A stretch of 63,771 bases of DNA, the filler included. It is 6 parts of 6 records of this genome, joined end to end, with 100 filler letters (N's around TTAATTAATTAA, not from the genome) between each part and the next. Parts side by side here need not be neighbours in the genome. Positions count along the whole stretch, not along the records: positions 1 to 18,729 come from DRR378314_643; 5 more parts are not named here. One strand, written 5' to 3'. The translations under genes were made by a program, and so were the position numbers. Shown here in pieces: positions 8,540 to 17,580 of this stretch. The notes below the pieces were generated by a model. That model was given only the letters and a program-made list of their open reading frames with translations, did not search any database and was not told the origin of the DNA. Position 1 is the first letter of the stretch. The number at the start of each line of letters is the position of its first letter.

Positions 8540-9136
8540 ATGACGACAAAAGCAGAGCAACGCAGAGCGGATCTGCGCGACAAACTGGTTGTTGCGGCGG
8601 AAGCGCGTATTCGGGAGACGGGGGTTGCAGCATTGCGCGCACGCGATCTGGCCAAGGATGCGGGCTGTGCGGTGGGGGCAATTTACAACGCGTTCGATGA
8701 CATGACCGCGCTTGTGATGGCGGTGAACGGTCGCACGTTTCAGCGGTTGGGCGCGGTGGTCGAAGCGTCCATAACCGCATCGCGGGGCGCGTCTGCCACG
8801 GATCGGTTGATTTTGATGAGTGAGGCCTATCTGGATTTTGCGAGCGACAATAATCGCCTGTGGCGTGCCCTGTTCGATCTGGAATTGCCTGCGGATGGCG
8901 CGGTGCCGGTCTGGTACCGCACGGCGCTGGATCGGCTGTTCCAGCATATCGCGGGCCCGGTGGCGGAGTTGTTTCCTGATCAGCCACCAGAAGAGCAGGC
9001 CCTGACGGTGCGGGCGTTGTTCTCTTCCGTTCATGGAATTGTGCTTCTTGGGCTTGAAAACCGGATCTCCGGCGTGCCGCCACAGGACATCCGACGGATG
9101 ATCGCATTGGTTTTGTCACGGTTGATGGTCAGGTAA
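8540..9136 (+). CDS. TetR/AcrR family transcriptional regulator
   Basis: N-terminal HTH LRARDLAKDAGCAVGAIYNAF and C-terminal LFSSVHGIVLL (WHG-like). Confidence 0.88.
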   Translation: MTTKAEQRRADLRDKLVVAAEARIRETGVAALRARDLAKDAGCAVGAIYNAFDDMTALVMAVNGRTFQRLGAVVEASITASRGASATDRLILMSEAYLDFASDNNRLWRALFDLELPADGAVPVWYRTALDRLFQHIAGPVAELFPDQPPEEQALTVRALFSSVHGIVLLGLENRISGVPPQDIRRMIALVLSRLMVR

Positions 9137-9144
9137 TCCATAAA

Positions 9145-9217
9145 TTTTGAACACTGTTCAAAAAATATCTTGAACGACGTTCATGACTTTGTTATCCCAT
9201 TTGTGAACGATGTTCAC
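9145..9217. promoter_or_regulatory. Three TGAAC-N3-GTTCA operators upstream of pspA
   Basis: TGAACactGTTCA 9148-9160, TGAACgacGTTCA 9171-9183, TGAACgatGTTCA 9204-9216. Confidence 0.75.
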
Positions 9218-9233
9218 GAATGGAGGAGCGATC

Positions 9234-9908
9234 ATGTTCTCAACTTTCAAGACCCTGATGACGGGCGCAAATCGCAGAGCAGAGGCGCAGGTCCGCCAGC
9301 AGTATTCGATCGAACTGATCGAGGAGAAAATTGCCCAGGCCACCGATGACCTGAAATCGGCAAAATCTACGCTGGTGAGCCTGATCCAGAAAGAACGGGC
9401 CGAGCAGCGCCAGATTGCAACCTTGGATACGCGGATTGCGGATCTGACGGCGCGGGCACGGGCGGCCCTGACAGAGGGGCGCGAGGATCTGGCCGAAGCC
9501 GCTGCCGCAGCGATTGCCGAAATGGAGAATGAGCGCAGCCTGCGTCAGGACACGCGGTCACGTCTGGAGGCGCGCATCATGCGCCTGCGTCAATCGGTGG
9601 AGACGGCGCACCGTCGTCTGATTGATTTGAGGCAGGGCGCGATCTCGGCCCGCGCCGTCAAGGGCGAGCACCGCGCTCAGGCCAGCCTTGGCTGGTCGCT
9701 GAACCGCCAGCCCATGGATGAAGCCGCTGAGTTGATCCAGGAGGTCCTGGGCCAGGAAGACCCCTTCGAGGCCTCGGAAATTCTGGGCGAGATTGAAACC
9801 GGTCTCGCGCCGCACTCGGTGGCGGATCAATTGGCGGATGCGGGGTTTGGCACGCCGCTCAAGAGCACGGCAACGGATGTGCTGAGCCGCCTGAAGACCG
9901 AACACTGA
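9234..9908 (+). CDS. PspA/IM30 family protein
   Basis: About 224 aa coiled coil, ARAALTEGREDLAEAAAAAIAEME motif, GGAGGA RBS. Confidence 0.85.
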   Translation: MFSTFKTLMTGANRRAEAQVRQQYSIELIEEKIAQATDDLKSAKSTLVSLIQKERAEQRQIATLDTRIADLTARARAALTEGREDLAEAAAAAIAEMENERSLRQDTRSRLEARIMRLRQSVETAHRRLIDLRQGAISARAVKGEHRAQASLGWSLNRQPMDEAAELIQEVLGQEDPFEASEILGEIETGLAPHSVADQLADAGFGTPLKSTATDVLSRLKTEH

Positions 9909-9999
9909 CCCCGACATGCGAGGGCAGAACTGCCCTGAGACGAAAACCCGGGAGCACTAGGCTCCGCAGATAATCTATTTGGAAATGAAGGATAAAACC

Positions 10000-10287
10000 A
10001 TGTTTGACGCACGCAATGAGAACGCCCTGATCACCAACCTCAACATCATCGGCGTCGTGGTCGCCTATGGCATGCTGGGCATTTCGCTCTGGCTGTCGAC
10101 CGAGGTGCCGCTGGCGACCAAAGGATATTGGGGCATGGGCATCCTGCTGCTGACACTGAGCCTGATCAACGTGGTGAAATACCGCTTTGATATCCGTCAG
10201 AGCTCGGATCGGATCCGCCGCATCGAAGAGGTCCGCAACGAGCGCATGCTGGAAGAGGCGTTGAAAGAACCATCTTCCGAGAGCTGA
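10000..10287 (+). CDS. Small two-helix membrane protein (YiaAB-like)
   Basis: Two TM helices, TKGYWGMG..VVKYRFD pattern, charged C-terminal tail. Located downstream of pspA. Confidence 0.6.
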   Translation: MFDARNENALITNLNIIGVVVAYGMLGISLWLSTEVPLATKGYWGMGILLLTLSLINVVKYRFDIRQSSDRIRRIEEVRNERMLEEALKEPSSES

Positions 10288-10343
10288 TGCGACAAACGGG
10301 GGGCAGGGAAAGCCTGCTCCTTTTGTCAGTCGCCACAGATAGA

Positions 10344-10386
10344 AACAGTAAAACCGCCGCGTCCGAGACGCGGCGGTTTTACTGTT
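10344..10386. terminator. Bidirectional terminator hairpin with 20-bp perfect stem
   Basis: AACAGTAAAACCGCCGCGTC-cga-GACGCGGCGGTTTTACTGTT between convergent genes. Confidence 0.8.
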
Positions 10387-10411
10387 CATGGTCGCTCAAA
10401 GGCGATCAAAC

Positions 10412-11707
10412 TCAGTGGTTCGGGTAGAGCGGGAAGCGCGCGCAGAGGGCTGCGACCTTGCCACGCACGGTTTCCTCGACTGCCGCGTTGCCGTCTTCGC
10501 CATTGGCGGCCAGACCATCGACCACTTCGACGATCAGGCGGGCAATCTCGCGGAACTCGTCCTCACCAAAACCACGGGTGGTGCCCGCCGGGGTGCCGAG
10601 GCGGATGCCGGAGGTCACGGTGGGCTTTTCCGGGTCGAACGGGATGCCGTTCTTGTTGGTGGTGATATGCGCGCGGCCCAGAGCCTTGTCGACGATGTTG
10701 CCGGTCACGCCCTTGGGACGCAGGTCCACCAGCATCACATGGGTATCGGTGCCACCGGTGACGATGTCCAGACCGCCCTTGATCAGCTCGTCCGACAGGG
10801 CCACCGCATTGGCACGCACCTGCTTCTGGTAGGATTTGAACTCGGGCTTCAGCGCTTCGCCAAAGGCGGCGGCTTTGCCGGCGATCACATGCATCAAGGG
10901 GCCACCCTGGATGCCCGGGAAGATGGCGGAGTTGAACTTCTTCGCCAGATCCGGGTTGTTTGTGACGATCATGCCGCCACGCGGACCGCGCAGGGTCTTG
11001 TGGGTGGTGGTGGTGGCGACATCCGCATGCGGGAAGGGCGAGGGGTGCTCGCCTGCGGCCACGAGACCGGCGAAGTGGGCCATGTCGACCATCAGCCAGG
11101 CGCCGACGCTGTCGGCCACGGCGCGGAACTTGGCAAAGTCGATCTGACGCGGAATGGCGGAGCCGCCGGCGATGATCAGCTTTGGCTGGTGCTCGGTGGC
11201 CAGCGCCTGCAGCTGGTCATAGTCGATCAGGTTGTCGTCTTCGCGCACACCGTAGTGGACCGCATTGAACCATTTGCCGGACTGGTTTGGCGCCGCACCA
11301 TGGGTCAGGTGACCGCCGGAGGCCAGATCCATGCCGAGGATGGTGTCGCCGGGCTGCAGCAGCGCCTGGAACACGCCCTGGTTCGCCTGGCTGCCGGAGT
11401 TCGGCTGCACATTGGCGAATTCGCAGTTGAACAGCTGCTTGGCGCGGTCGATGGCGAGGTTTTCCGCCACGTCTACATGCTGGCAGCCACCATAGTAGCG
11501 GCGGCCCGGATAGCCTTCGGCGTATTTGTTGGTCAGCACGGAACCCTGTGCTTCCATAACGGCGGCGGAGACGATGTTCTCCGAGGCGATCAGCTCGATC
11601 TCGTCGCGCTGACGGCCAAGCTCGTCGGTGATTGCGCCGAACAGCTCCGGGTCACGCTCGGAAAGGCTCTGGGTGAAGAAACCGGTGTCACGGGGGGTCT
11701 CAGTCAT
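10412..11707 (-). CDS. glyA: Serine hydroxymethyltransferase
   Basis: [54 protein letters not shown]. Confidence 0.98.
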   Translation of the reverse strand: MTETPRDTGFFTQSLSERDPELFGAITDELGRQRDEIELIASENIVSAAVMEAQGSVLTNKYAEGYPGRRYYGGCQHVDVAENLAIDRAKQLFNCEFANVQPNSGSQANQGVFQALLQPGDTILGMDLASGGHLTHGAAPNQSGKWFNAVHYGVREDDNLIDYDQLQALATEHQPKLIIAGGSAIPRQIDFAKFRAVADSVGAWLMVDMAHFAGLVAAGEHPSPFPHADVATTTTHKTLRGPRGGMIVTNNPDLAKKFNSAIFPGIQGGPLMHVIAGKAAAFGEALKPEFKSYQKQVRANAVALSDELIKGGLDIVTGGTDTHVMLVDLRPKGVTGNIVDKALGRAHITTNKNGIPFDPEKPTVTSGIRLGTPAGTTRGFGEDEFREIARLIVEVVDGLAANGEDGNAAVEETVRGKVAALCARFPLYPNH

Positions 11708-11882
11708 GCTGGCTCCGTCTGGTTGGGTGTGGTCTTTGCGAGATTTCCTATCGGAAACTTCACGGATCTGAAAGACTGTAAAGCGACGAAACGGGTCAGC
11801 TGAACGGCAAGTCTGGTCATCGGGGAAAACCTGTGCTTGTTTCGGAACCGTTTGGACCCTTCCGGAAACAGGATCACGTTCC

Positions 11883-12638
11883 ATGAGAATCGCATTTCTG
11901 GCCAGTACGGCCCCGCTGGCGCAAACCGCGCGTGGCGTATTGGTCAGTCGCTACGGCAGCGTCGAGATGAGCGAGGCAGATGTGATCGTGGCGCTTGGCG
12001 GCGACGGGTTCATGCTGCACACCCTGCGCGAGACTGTGGATCTGAACGTGCCGATCTATGGCATGAACCGCGGCACCGTCGGCTTTCTGATGAACAGCTA
12101 TGGTGAGGGCGATCTGATGGAGCGTCTGGGCGACGCGCAGGAAGAGACCATCCACCCACTGCGCATGCATGCAAGGGATCGAAACGGGCAGATGCATGAA
12201 GCGATGGCGATCAACGAGGTGTCGCTGCTGCGTCAGGGGCCGCAGGCGGCCAAGCTGCAAATCTCGGTCGATGGGCGGCAACGGATGGCGGAGCTGGTCT
12301 GCGACGGGGCGCTGGTGTCGACGCCGGCGGGCTCCACCGCCTATAATTTCTCGGCCCATGGTCCGATCCTGCCGATCGGGGCGGATGTGCTGGCGCTGAC
12401 GGCGATCGCGGCGTTCCGGCCCCGGCGCTGGCGCGGGGCGCTGCTGCCGAGCGGTGCGACGGTGCGGTTCGACGTGATCGACGCGGCAAAGCGGCCGGTG
12501 ATGGCAGAGGCGGATTCGGTCTCGTTCAAGGATATCGACTGGGTGGAGATCCAGAGCGAGCGCAGCATCAGCCACAAGATCCTGTTCGATCCCGGCCACG
12601 GGCTGGAGGAACGGCTGATCTCTGAGCAGTTCAACTAA
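11883..12638 (+). CDS. ppnK: NAD kinase
   Basis: [41 protein letters not shown]. Confidence 0.95.
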   Translation: MRIAFLASTAPLAQTARGVLVSRYGSVEMSEADVIVALGGDGFMLHTLRETVDLNVPIYGMNRGTVGFLMNSYGEGDLMERLGDAQEETIHPLRMHARDRNGQMHEAMAINEVSLLRQGPQAAKLQISVDGRQRMAELVCDGALVSTPAGSTAYNFSAHGPILPIGADVLALTAIAAFRPRRWRGALLPSGATVRFDVIDAAKRPVMAEADSVSFKDIDWVEIQSERSISHKILFDPGHGLEERLISEQFN

Positions 12639-12678
12639 CCCCTGACCCCAGCGGACGCGCTGACGCGCGACAGGATGA

Positions 12679-12742
12679 GCCCCGTGCCCGAGGGGCACGG
12701 GGCCGTTGCCTCCCGGCGGGAGGTATTTCAAAAAAGATGAAA
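12679..12742. repeat. Intergenic palindromic element
   Basis: GCCCCGTGCCC-gag-GGGCACGGGGC hairpin, then CCTCCC-ggc-GGGAGG-TATTTCAAAAAAGATGAAA. Resembles, from recall, a dispersed Rhodobacteraceae repeat. Single copy in this window. Confidence 0.4.
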
Positions 12743-12782
12743 CGAGGCCGCGGGGATCATGAGGCGTCCGCAATGGTAGAGC

Positions 12783-14216
12783 TCAGACCTGTGCGGCCAT
12801 GTGGTCCCATAGGGGAGGTGCCATCTGGCCGAGACGGTCCTCGATGGCGATGGCGGCATCCACGGCCATGTCCTCGCGCCAGCGCTGCGTCACGATCTGT
12901 ACGTTGATGGGCTGCGGCCCCTTGGGCAATTGCGCCAGGCGGGAGGGCACGCAGGCGGCGGGCAGCCCCATGTAGTTCATCGCGTAGGAATAGACCGCGC
13001 AGCCCAGCACGTCATGGGCGCCCTCGACCCCTTCGCGGTCCCGGTCGGGGGCAAAGAAGGGCTGTGGCAGGAACGGCGTCAGCACCAGCGGGTAATCCAC
13101 CATGAACAGCGCCCATTGGCGGGCGTAGTGGCTGCGCTTGGCGTACATCTTCAGCAGCTCGTCACCCTGATAGGGTGGGAACTCCTGAAAATAGGTGTCG
13201 AACATGGTGCGGATGACGTCTGAGCCGACGGCATCCAGATCCGGCTTCATCAGCGCGTGTATCTCACCCATCAAGGCGCGGTAGCCGGTGCGTCCGGCCT
13301 CGAACACATTGGGGGGCTCGATCTCTTCGACGATGTAGCCCGCATCGGTGAGGGCGTCGCGGGCCGAGAGCAATGCGGCCTCGACCTCCGGGTGCATGTC
13401 ATAGCCGTGCGGGTTGCGGGTGAAGGCGACCTTTGTCGGGCCTGAGACACTGGGACCCTGCCAGGGCACCGGTGCGTGAAACGGGTCGCGCACGTCCGGT
13501 GCGATCATTGCGGGCATGGCCAGATGCAGGTCACGGGCGGAGCGGGTCATCAGGCCCTGCACGCTCATCAACTGGGCCAGCAGCCCGCGTTCTGCCGTCT
13601 GGGAGGGGTTCCAGGCCGGCACGCGGCCGAGGCCGGGCTTCACTGTCACCGCGCCATTGGCGGCGGCGGGAAAACGCAGGGAGCCGCCGATGTCGTTACC
13701 GTGGGCCAGCGGGCCGATGCCGGCCATGACCGCAGCCCCGCCGCCACCGGATGAGCCACCGGGCGAGATATGCCGCCCCCAGGGATTATGCGTCCGCCCG
13801 TAGAGCGGATTGTCGGTGTCGGCGCGAAAGGAGAATTCCGGTGTGTTGGTGCGCCCGATTACCACTGCGCCTGCGCGTTCGAGGTTCTGCACCACCGGTG
13901 CGTCGTCCGGGGCGATCAGGTCCTTGAGTGCGGGAATGCCGTTGGAAGTGGCATGGCCGGTCTGGTCCACGTTGATCTTGATGGTCACCGGCACGCCATG
14001 CAGCGGGCCACGCAGATGTGCTGGGGTGCCGTCGAGAGCCTCTGCGCGGGCCAGGGCTTCGTCCCGGAGATCCTCCACCACGGCGTTCAGGGCTGGGTTC
14101 ACTGCATCCAGACGGACGATGGCGTTCTGCACGGCGGCTGTGGGCGTGATGTCACCGGCTGTGGTCAGGGTGGACAATTCGGTTGCGCTCAGGCGCCAAA
14201 GGTCTTGATTTGACAT
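12783..14216 (-). CDS. Amidase signature family protein
   Basis: GPLHGVPVTIK, GRTNTPEF, PGGSSGG, GNDIGGSLRFPA (Ser-cisSer-Lys triad). Confidence 0.93.
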   Translation of the reverse strand: MSNQDLWRLSATELSTLTTAGDITPTAAVQNAIVRLDAVNPALNAVVEDLRDEALARAEALDGTPAHLRGPLHGVPVTIKINVDQTGHATSNGIPALKDLIAPDDAPVVQNLERAGAVVIGRTNTPEFSFRADTDNPLYGRTHNPWGRHISPGGSSGGGGAAVMAGIGPLAHGNDIGGSLRFPAAANGAVTVKPGLGRVPAWNPSQTAERGLLAQLMSVQGLMTRSARDLHLAMPAMIAPDVRDPFHAPVPWQGPSVSGPTKVAFTRNPHGYDMHPEVEAALLSARDALTDAGYIVEEIEPPNVFEAGRTGYRALMGEIHALMKPDLDAVGSDVIRTMFDTYFQEFPPYQGDELLKMYAKRSHYARQWALFMVDYPLVLTPFLPQPFFAPDRDREGVEGAHDVLGCAVYSYAMNYMGLPAACVPSRLAQLPKGPQPINVQIVTQRWREDMAVDAAIAIEDRLGQMAPPLWDHMAAQV

Positions 14217-14367
14217 GTTAACAATCTCCTTGATCGAGAGACTAGTGCGCGTCTTCTGGGCTGGGAAGGGGCAATTCTGTTGAGGTGATGTTCAGGTCGC
14301 TCACAACAGTGTCCTGCCAGTGCAGGAGAGAGATCCTGCGTCCTTTGATATGATAGATTTCAATCAG

Positions 14368-14916
14368 ATGATGAAGAATTTACAGTGCGTCTTGCTGGCG
14401 ATTGGCGGTGCTCTGCTCAGTACTATGGTGCAGGCGCAGGGGGGTGTGTCTGTTCTGTAAGTTATGGATGACATGATCGAGACGCCCTATGAATGCGCTG
14501 ATTATGATCCTGATACGGACAGCTGCTCTGGTGTATCGCTGATGTATTCGGAAGAGGGCATCATCTACAATACCGCTTGGTTTGCGCTACCAAATTCCAA
14601 TGGGTTCCCTTGGGTGTTCGAGGCCTTATCTGAGTATGAGTTCCTGTTCGGCTGGGGGGGGGGGGGGGCGAGCCAGGGGCAGGGCGCAGGGATCAGGTAC
14701 CAGTCGGGTGGAACCCCTGAGTTGGGTGCGCAATCCGCAGAGCAGATCGAGGCGCAGGTCGCGGCGAGCTTTGACCCGTTTGCGCCTTGTGCGGGCTACT
14801 ACCCGGCAGGACCACGCCAGTATGTGGTCGAGTTTCGCCATCGCAACGGAGAGTTGGCAGACCAGGCCAGCATCAGGGTGCAGTTTTTCGCGGAGCCAAA
14901 AGCCGTGCGCCCCTGA
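14368..14916 (+). pseudogene. Secreted hypothetical protein interrupted by an in-frame TAA, with an internal G15 tract
   Basis: ATG 14368 encodes the signal-peptide-like MMKNLQCVLLAIGGALLSTMVQAQ. TAA at 14458-14460 is in frame with ORF 14464-14916. G15 at 14654-14668. Confidence 0.55.
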
Positions 14917-14947
14917 GAGATACGGGCGCGCGGTCGTCAGAAAATTT

Positions 14948-14972
14948 GGAACAATCCCGGTGCATCCACGTT
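14948..14972 (+). promoter_or_regulatory. Sigma-EcfG (alphaproteobacterial general stress response) promoter
   Basis: GGAAC-N16-CGTT exactly, about 70 nt upstream of csbD. Confidence 0.75.
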
Positions 14973-15041
14973 GTCAGGTCAAGCAGCACGCATCGCAGTT
15001 TATGCAGTGTGAGCGAAGCTAAACAGACAGGAGTATTGACG

Positions 15042-15239
15042 ATGAACTGGGATATTATCGAAGGCAAATGGAAGCAGCTCAAAGGCTCCGCACAGAACCA
15101 GTGGGGCAAGCTGACTGAAGATGAGATCGATCAGGTGGCCGGCAATCGTGAGAAGCTGGTGGGCCTCATTCAGGAGCGCTATGGCGTGGCCAAGGATGAA
15201 GCCGAACGTCAGATCGATGACTTCGCGTCGCGTCAGTGA
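15042..15239 (+). CDS. csbD: CsbD family general stress protein
   Basis: MNWDIIEGKWKQLKG..WGKLTEDE..GNREKLVGLIQERYG, AGGAG RBS. Confidence 0.93.
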   Translation: MNWDIIEGKWKQLKGSAQNQWGKLTEDEIDQVAGNREKLVGLIQERYGVAKDEAERQIDDFASRQ

Positions 15240-15275
15240 CCATTTGCCGTAAAGCAAGCGGCATTCGATGAAGCC

Positions 15276-15301
15276 AAGCGGTCCCCGTCGGGGGCCGCTT
15301 C
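15276..15301. terminator. Terminator hairpin between csbD and prpE
   Basis: AAGCGGTCCCC-gtc-GGGGGCCGCTT. Confidence 0.6.
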
Positions 15302-15316
15302 GTCGTCTTTACGGGG

Positions 15317-17206
15317 TCACATCGCGTAGCCGAGCGCCCTCAGAGCCACGGTGATCTCCTCCAGAACCGCCGGATCGTCGATGGTGGCCGGTTGTTTCCA
15401 CTCCGTGCCATCAGCGATCGAGACCATGGTGCCGCGCAGGATCTTGCCCGAACGCGTCTTGGGCAGGCGGTCCACCACACAGGAGAGCTTGAAAGCGGCG
15501 ACCGGGCCGATCTTGTCGCGCACCAGCTTGACGACTTCGGCGTTGATCTCCGCGTGACTGCGGCTGCATCCGGCATTCAGGCAGAGAAAGCCAAGCGGCA
15601 CCTGACCCTTCAGGCTATCCGCCACCCCGATGACGGCGCATTCTGCGACATCCGGGTGGCCCGACAGTACCTCCTCCATCGCGCCCGTAGACAGACGGTG
15701 TCCGGCGACATTGATGACATCATCGGTACGCGCCATGATGTAGAGGTAGCCGTCCTCGTCCATCATCCCTGCATCGCCGGTCTCGTAATAACCGGGGAAG
15801 GTGGTGAGATAGCTTTTGCGGAAGCGATCCTCGGCATTCCACAGGTTTGGCAGCGTGCCCGGGGGCAGGGGGAGTTTGATGGCAATGGCGCCCAGTTCGC
15901 CCGCAGGCATCGGGTGGCCCCCTTCATCGAGGATCTGCACGTCATAGCCCGGCATCGACACTGCGGGAGAGCCCAGTTTCACCGGCAGTGTCTCGATCCC
16001 CAATGGGTTTGCGGCAATCGGCCAGCCGGTCTCTGTCTGCCACCAGTGGTCGATCACCGGCACCTTCAGTTGATCCTGCGCCCAGGTGATCGTGTCGGGA
16101 TCGGCCCGTTCGCCCGCCAGATAGACCTGACCGAGACAGGAGAGATCATATTTCGCCACGTATTCGCCCTTGGAGTCCTCACGTTTGACGGCGCGAAAGG
16201 CGGTGGGGGCGGTGAAGAAGGTCTTTACCTTATGTTCCGAGATGATCCGCCAGAAGGTGCCCGCATCGGGCGTGCCGATAGGCTTGCCCTCAAACACGAT
16301 GGTGGTGTTGCCATGGATCAGCGGCGCATAGGCAATATAGCTGTGACCCACCACCCAGCCCACATCGGAGGCGGCCCAGAACACGTCACCGGGATCGACG
16401 TTGAAGATGTTCTTCATCGTCCAGTTCAGCGCCACCAGCTGGCCGGCGGTATGGCGGATCACCCCCTTGGGCTGCCCAGTCGTGCCAGAGGTATAGAGGA
16501 TATAGGAGGGGTGGTTGCCTTCTACCGGCACGCAATCTGCAGGCTCCACGCCATACTGGAACCCGTGCCAGTTCACGTCACGCCCCTCGATCAGCTCTGC
16601 CACTTCCTGTTCGCGCTGGAAGATGACGCAGAAGTCGGGCTTGTGGCTGGCCTGTTCGATGGCGCCGTCCAGCAGAGGCTTGTAGTGCACCGTGCGCCCC
16701 GGTTCGATGCCGCAGGAGGCGGCGATGATCGCCTTGGGGGTCGCGTCATCAATACGCACCGCCAGTTCATTTGACGCAAAGCCCCCAAAGACCACGGAAT
16801 GTACCGCGCCAATGCGGGCGCAGGCCAGCATCGCTTCGATGGCCTCGGGGATCATCGGCATGTAGATGATGACGCGGTCGCCTTTCTCGATCCCTTTGGC
16901 CCGCAGCGCCCCGGCCAGCGTCGCCACCCGGTTGCGCAGTTCCACATAGGAGATCTCGCGTTTTGTGTGGGTGACGGGGCTGTCGTATATGATCGCGGTC
17001 TGCTCACCGCGCCCGGCCTCCACATGGCGGTCAACAGCGTTGTAGCAGGTGTTTACCTTGGCGTCGGCGAACCATTCATAAAGCCCGTCGCCAAGATCGC
17101 TCAGCGCCCGCGTCGGCGCCTGGTCCCAGCTGATGGCCGTGGCGGCCTCCATCCAGAACCCTTCCGGGTCAGCCTTCCAATGTGCATACACCTCAGAATA
17201 GGTCAT
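15317..17206 (-). CDS. prpE: Propionyl-CoA synthetase
   Basis: YILYTSGTTGQPKG, WAASDVGWVVGHSY, DHWWQTETG, RTDDVINVAGHRL, LPKTRSGKILR. GAGGAGG RBS. Confidence 0.9.
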   Translation of the reverse strand: MTYSEVYAHWKADPEGFWMEAATAISWDQAPTRALSDLGDGLYEWFADAKVNTCYNAVDRHVEAGRGEQTAIIYDSPVTHTKREISYVELRNRVATLAGALRAKGIEKGDRVIIYMPMIPEAIEAMLACARIGAVHSVVFGGFASNELAVRIDDATPKAIIAASCGIEPGRTVHYKPLLDGAIEQASHKPDFCVIFQREQEVAELIEGRDVNWHGFQYGVEPADCVPVEGNHPSYILYTSGTTGQPKGVIRHTAGQLVALNWTMKNIFNVDPGDVFWAASDVGWVVGHSYIAYAPLIHGNTTIVFEGKPIGTPDAGTFWRIISEHKVKTFFTAPTAFRAVKREDSKGEYVAKYDLSCLGQVYLAGERADPDTITWAQDQLKVPVIDHWWQTETGWPIAANPLGIETLPVKLGSPAVSMPGYDVQILDEGGHPMPAGELGAIAIKLPLPPGTLPNLWNAEDRFRKSYLTTFPGYYETGDAGMMDEDGYLYIMARTDDVINVAGHRLSTGAMEEVLSGHPDVAECAVIGVADSLKGQVPLGFLCLNAGCSRSHAEINAEVVKLVRDKIGPVAAFKLSCVVDRLPKTRSGKILRGTMVSIADGTEWKQPATIDDPAVLEEITVALRALGYAM

Positions 17207-17316
17207 GGGGATCCTCCTCACTGTCTCCTCTTGCGACAGAGCCTAGGCGCAAGGCTCAAACCCTCGCAAGCGCGCTGGGCGACCCTGCGTCAGATCGGAT
17301 CAGATTTGTGGATGAA

Positions 17317-17402
17317 TTTGCCAATTCGGATTGCAAAGTTTGCAAACCATGACATGGCCGACATTTCGGTGAGGAAAATTCCGAAGTCTGCAAAGTTGCA
17401 AA
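17317..17402. promoter_or_regulatory. Cluster of TTGCAAA-like boxes upstream of prpE (candidate ScfR/PccR sites)
   Basis: TTTGCCAA 17317, TTGCAAA 17331, TTTGCAAA 17339, TCTGCAAA 17387, TTGCAAA 17396. Confidence 0.45.
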
Positions 17403-17580
17403 GCTAACTCTCGCAGATATTGCGCAGACAGCTGCGACTCAGTTTGCGCAAACGGTCAGCGCAGGGGTGGTAGGATGAGGCTATGCCCGCCTCAGGGGCT
17501 GGCATCCGACGACCCCCAATCCGGACAAAGGCGGGCGCAGATTGCGGCCCGCCTTTGCTGTCTGCTTTGCGCGCTGGGCG

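Noticed and set aside
9148-9216. GAAC/GTTC motifs as LexA (SOS) boxes
   Set aside because: Spacing is GAAC-N3-GTTC. Alphaproteobacterial LexA uses GTTC-N7-GTTC and Firmicute LexA uses GAAC-N4-GTTC. The adjacent TetR is the simpler explanation.
9930-9950. CTGAGA-CGAAA as a hammerhead ribozyme core
   Set aside because: No stem II between the CUGA and GAAA elements, and no matching stems I/III.
10388-11803. 471-aa plus-strand ORF
   Set aside because: Antisense shadow of glyA in GC-rich DNA.
11708-11882. ZMP/ZTP or glycine riboswitch upstream of glyA
   Set aside because: I could not find the conserved motifs. The 59-codon N-terminal extension in the ORF track is also unlikely to be real.
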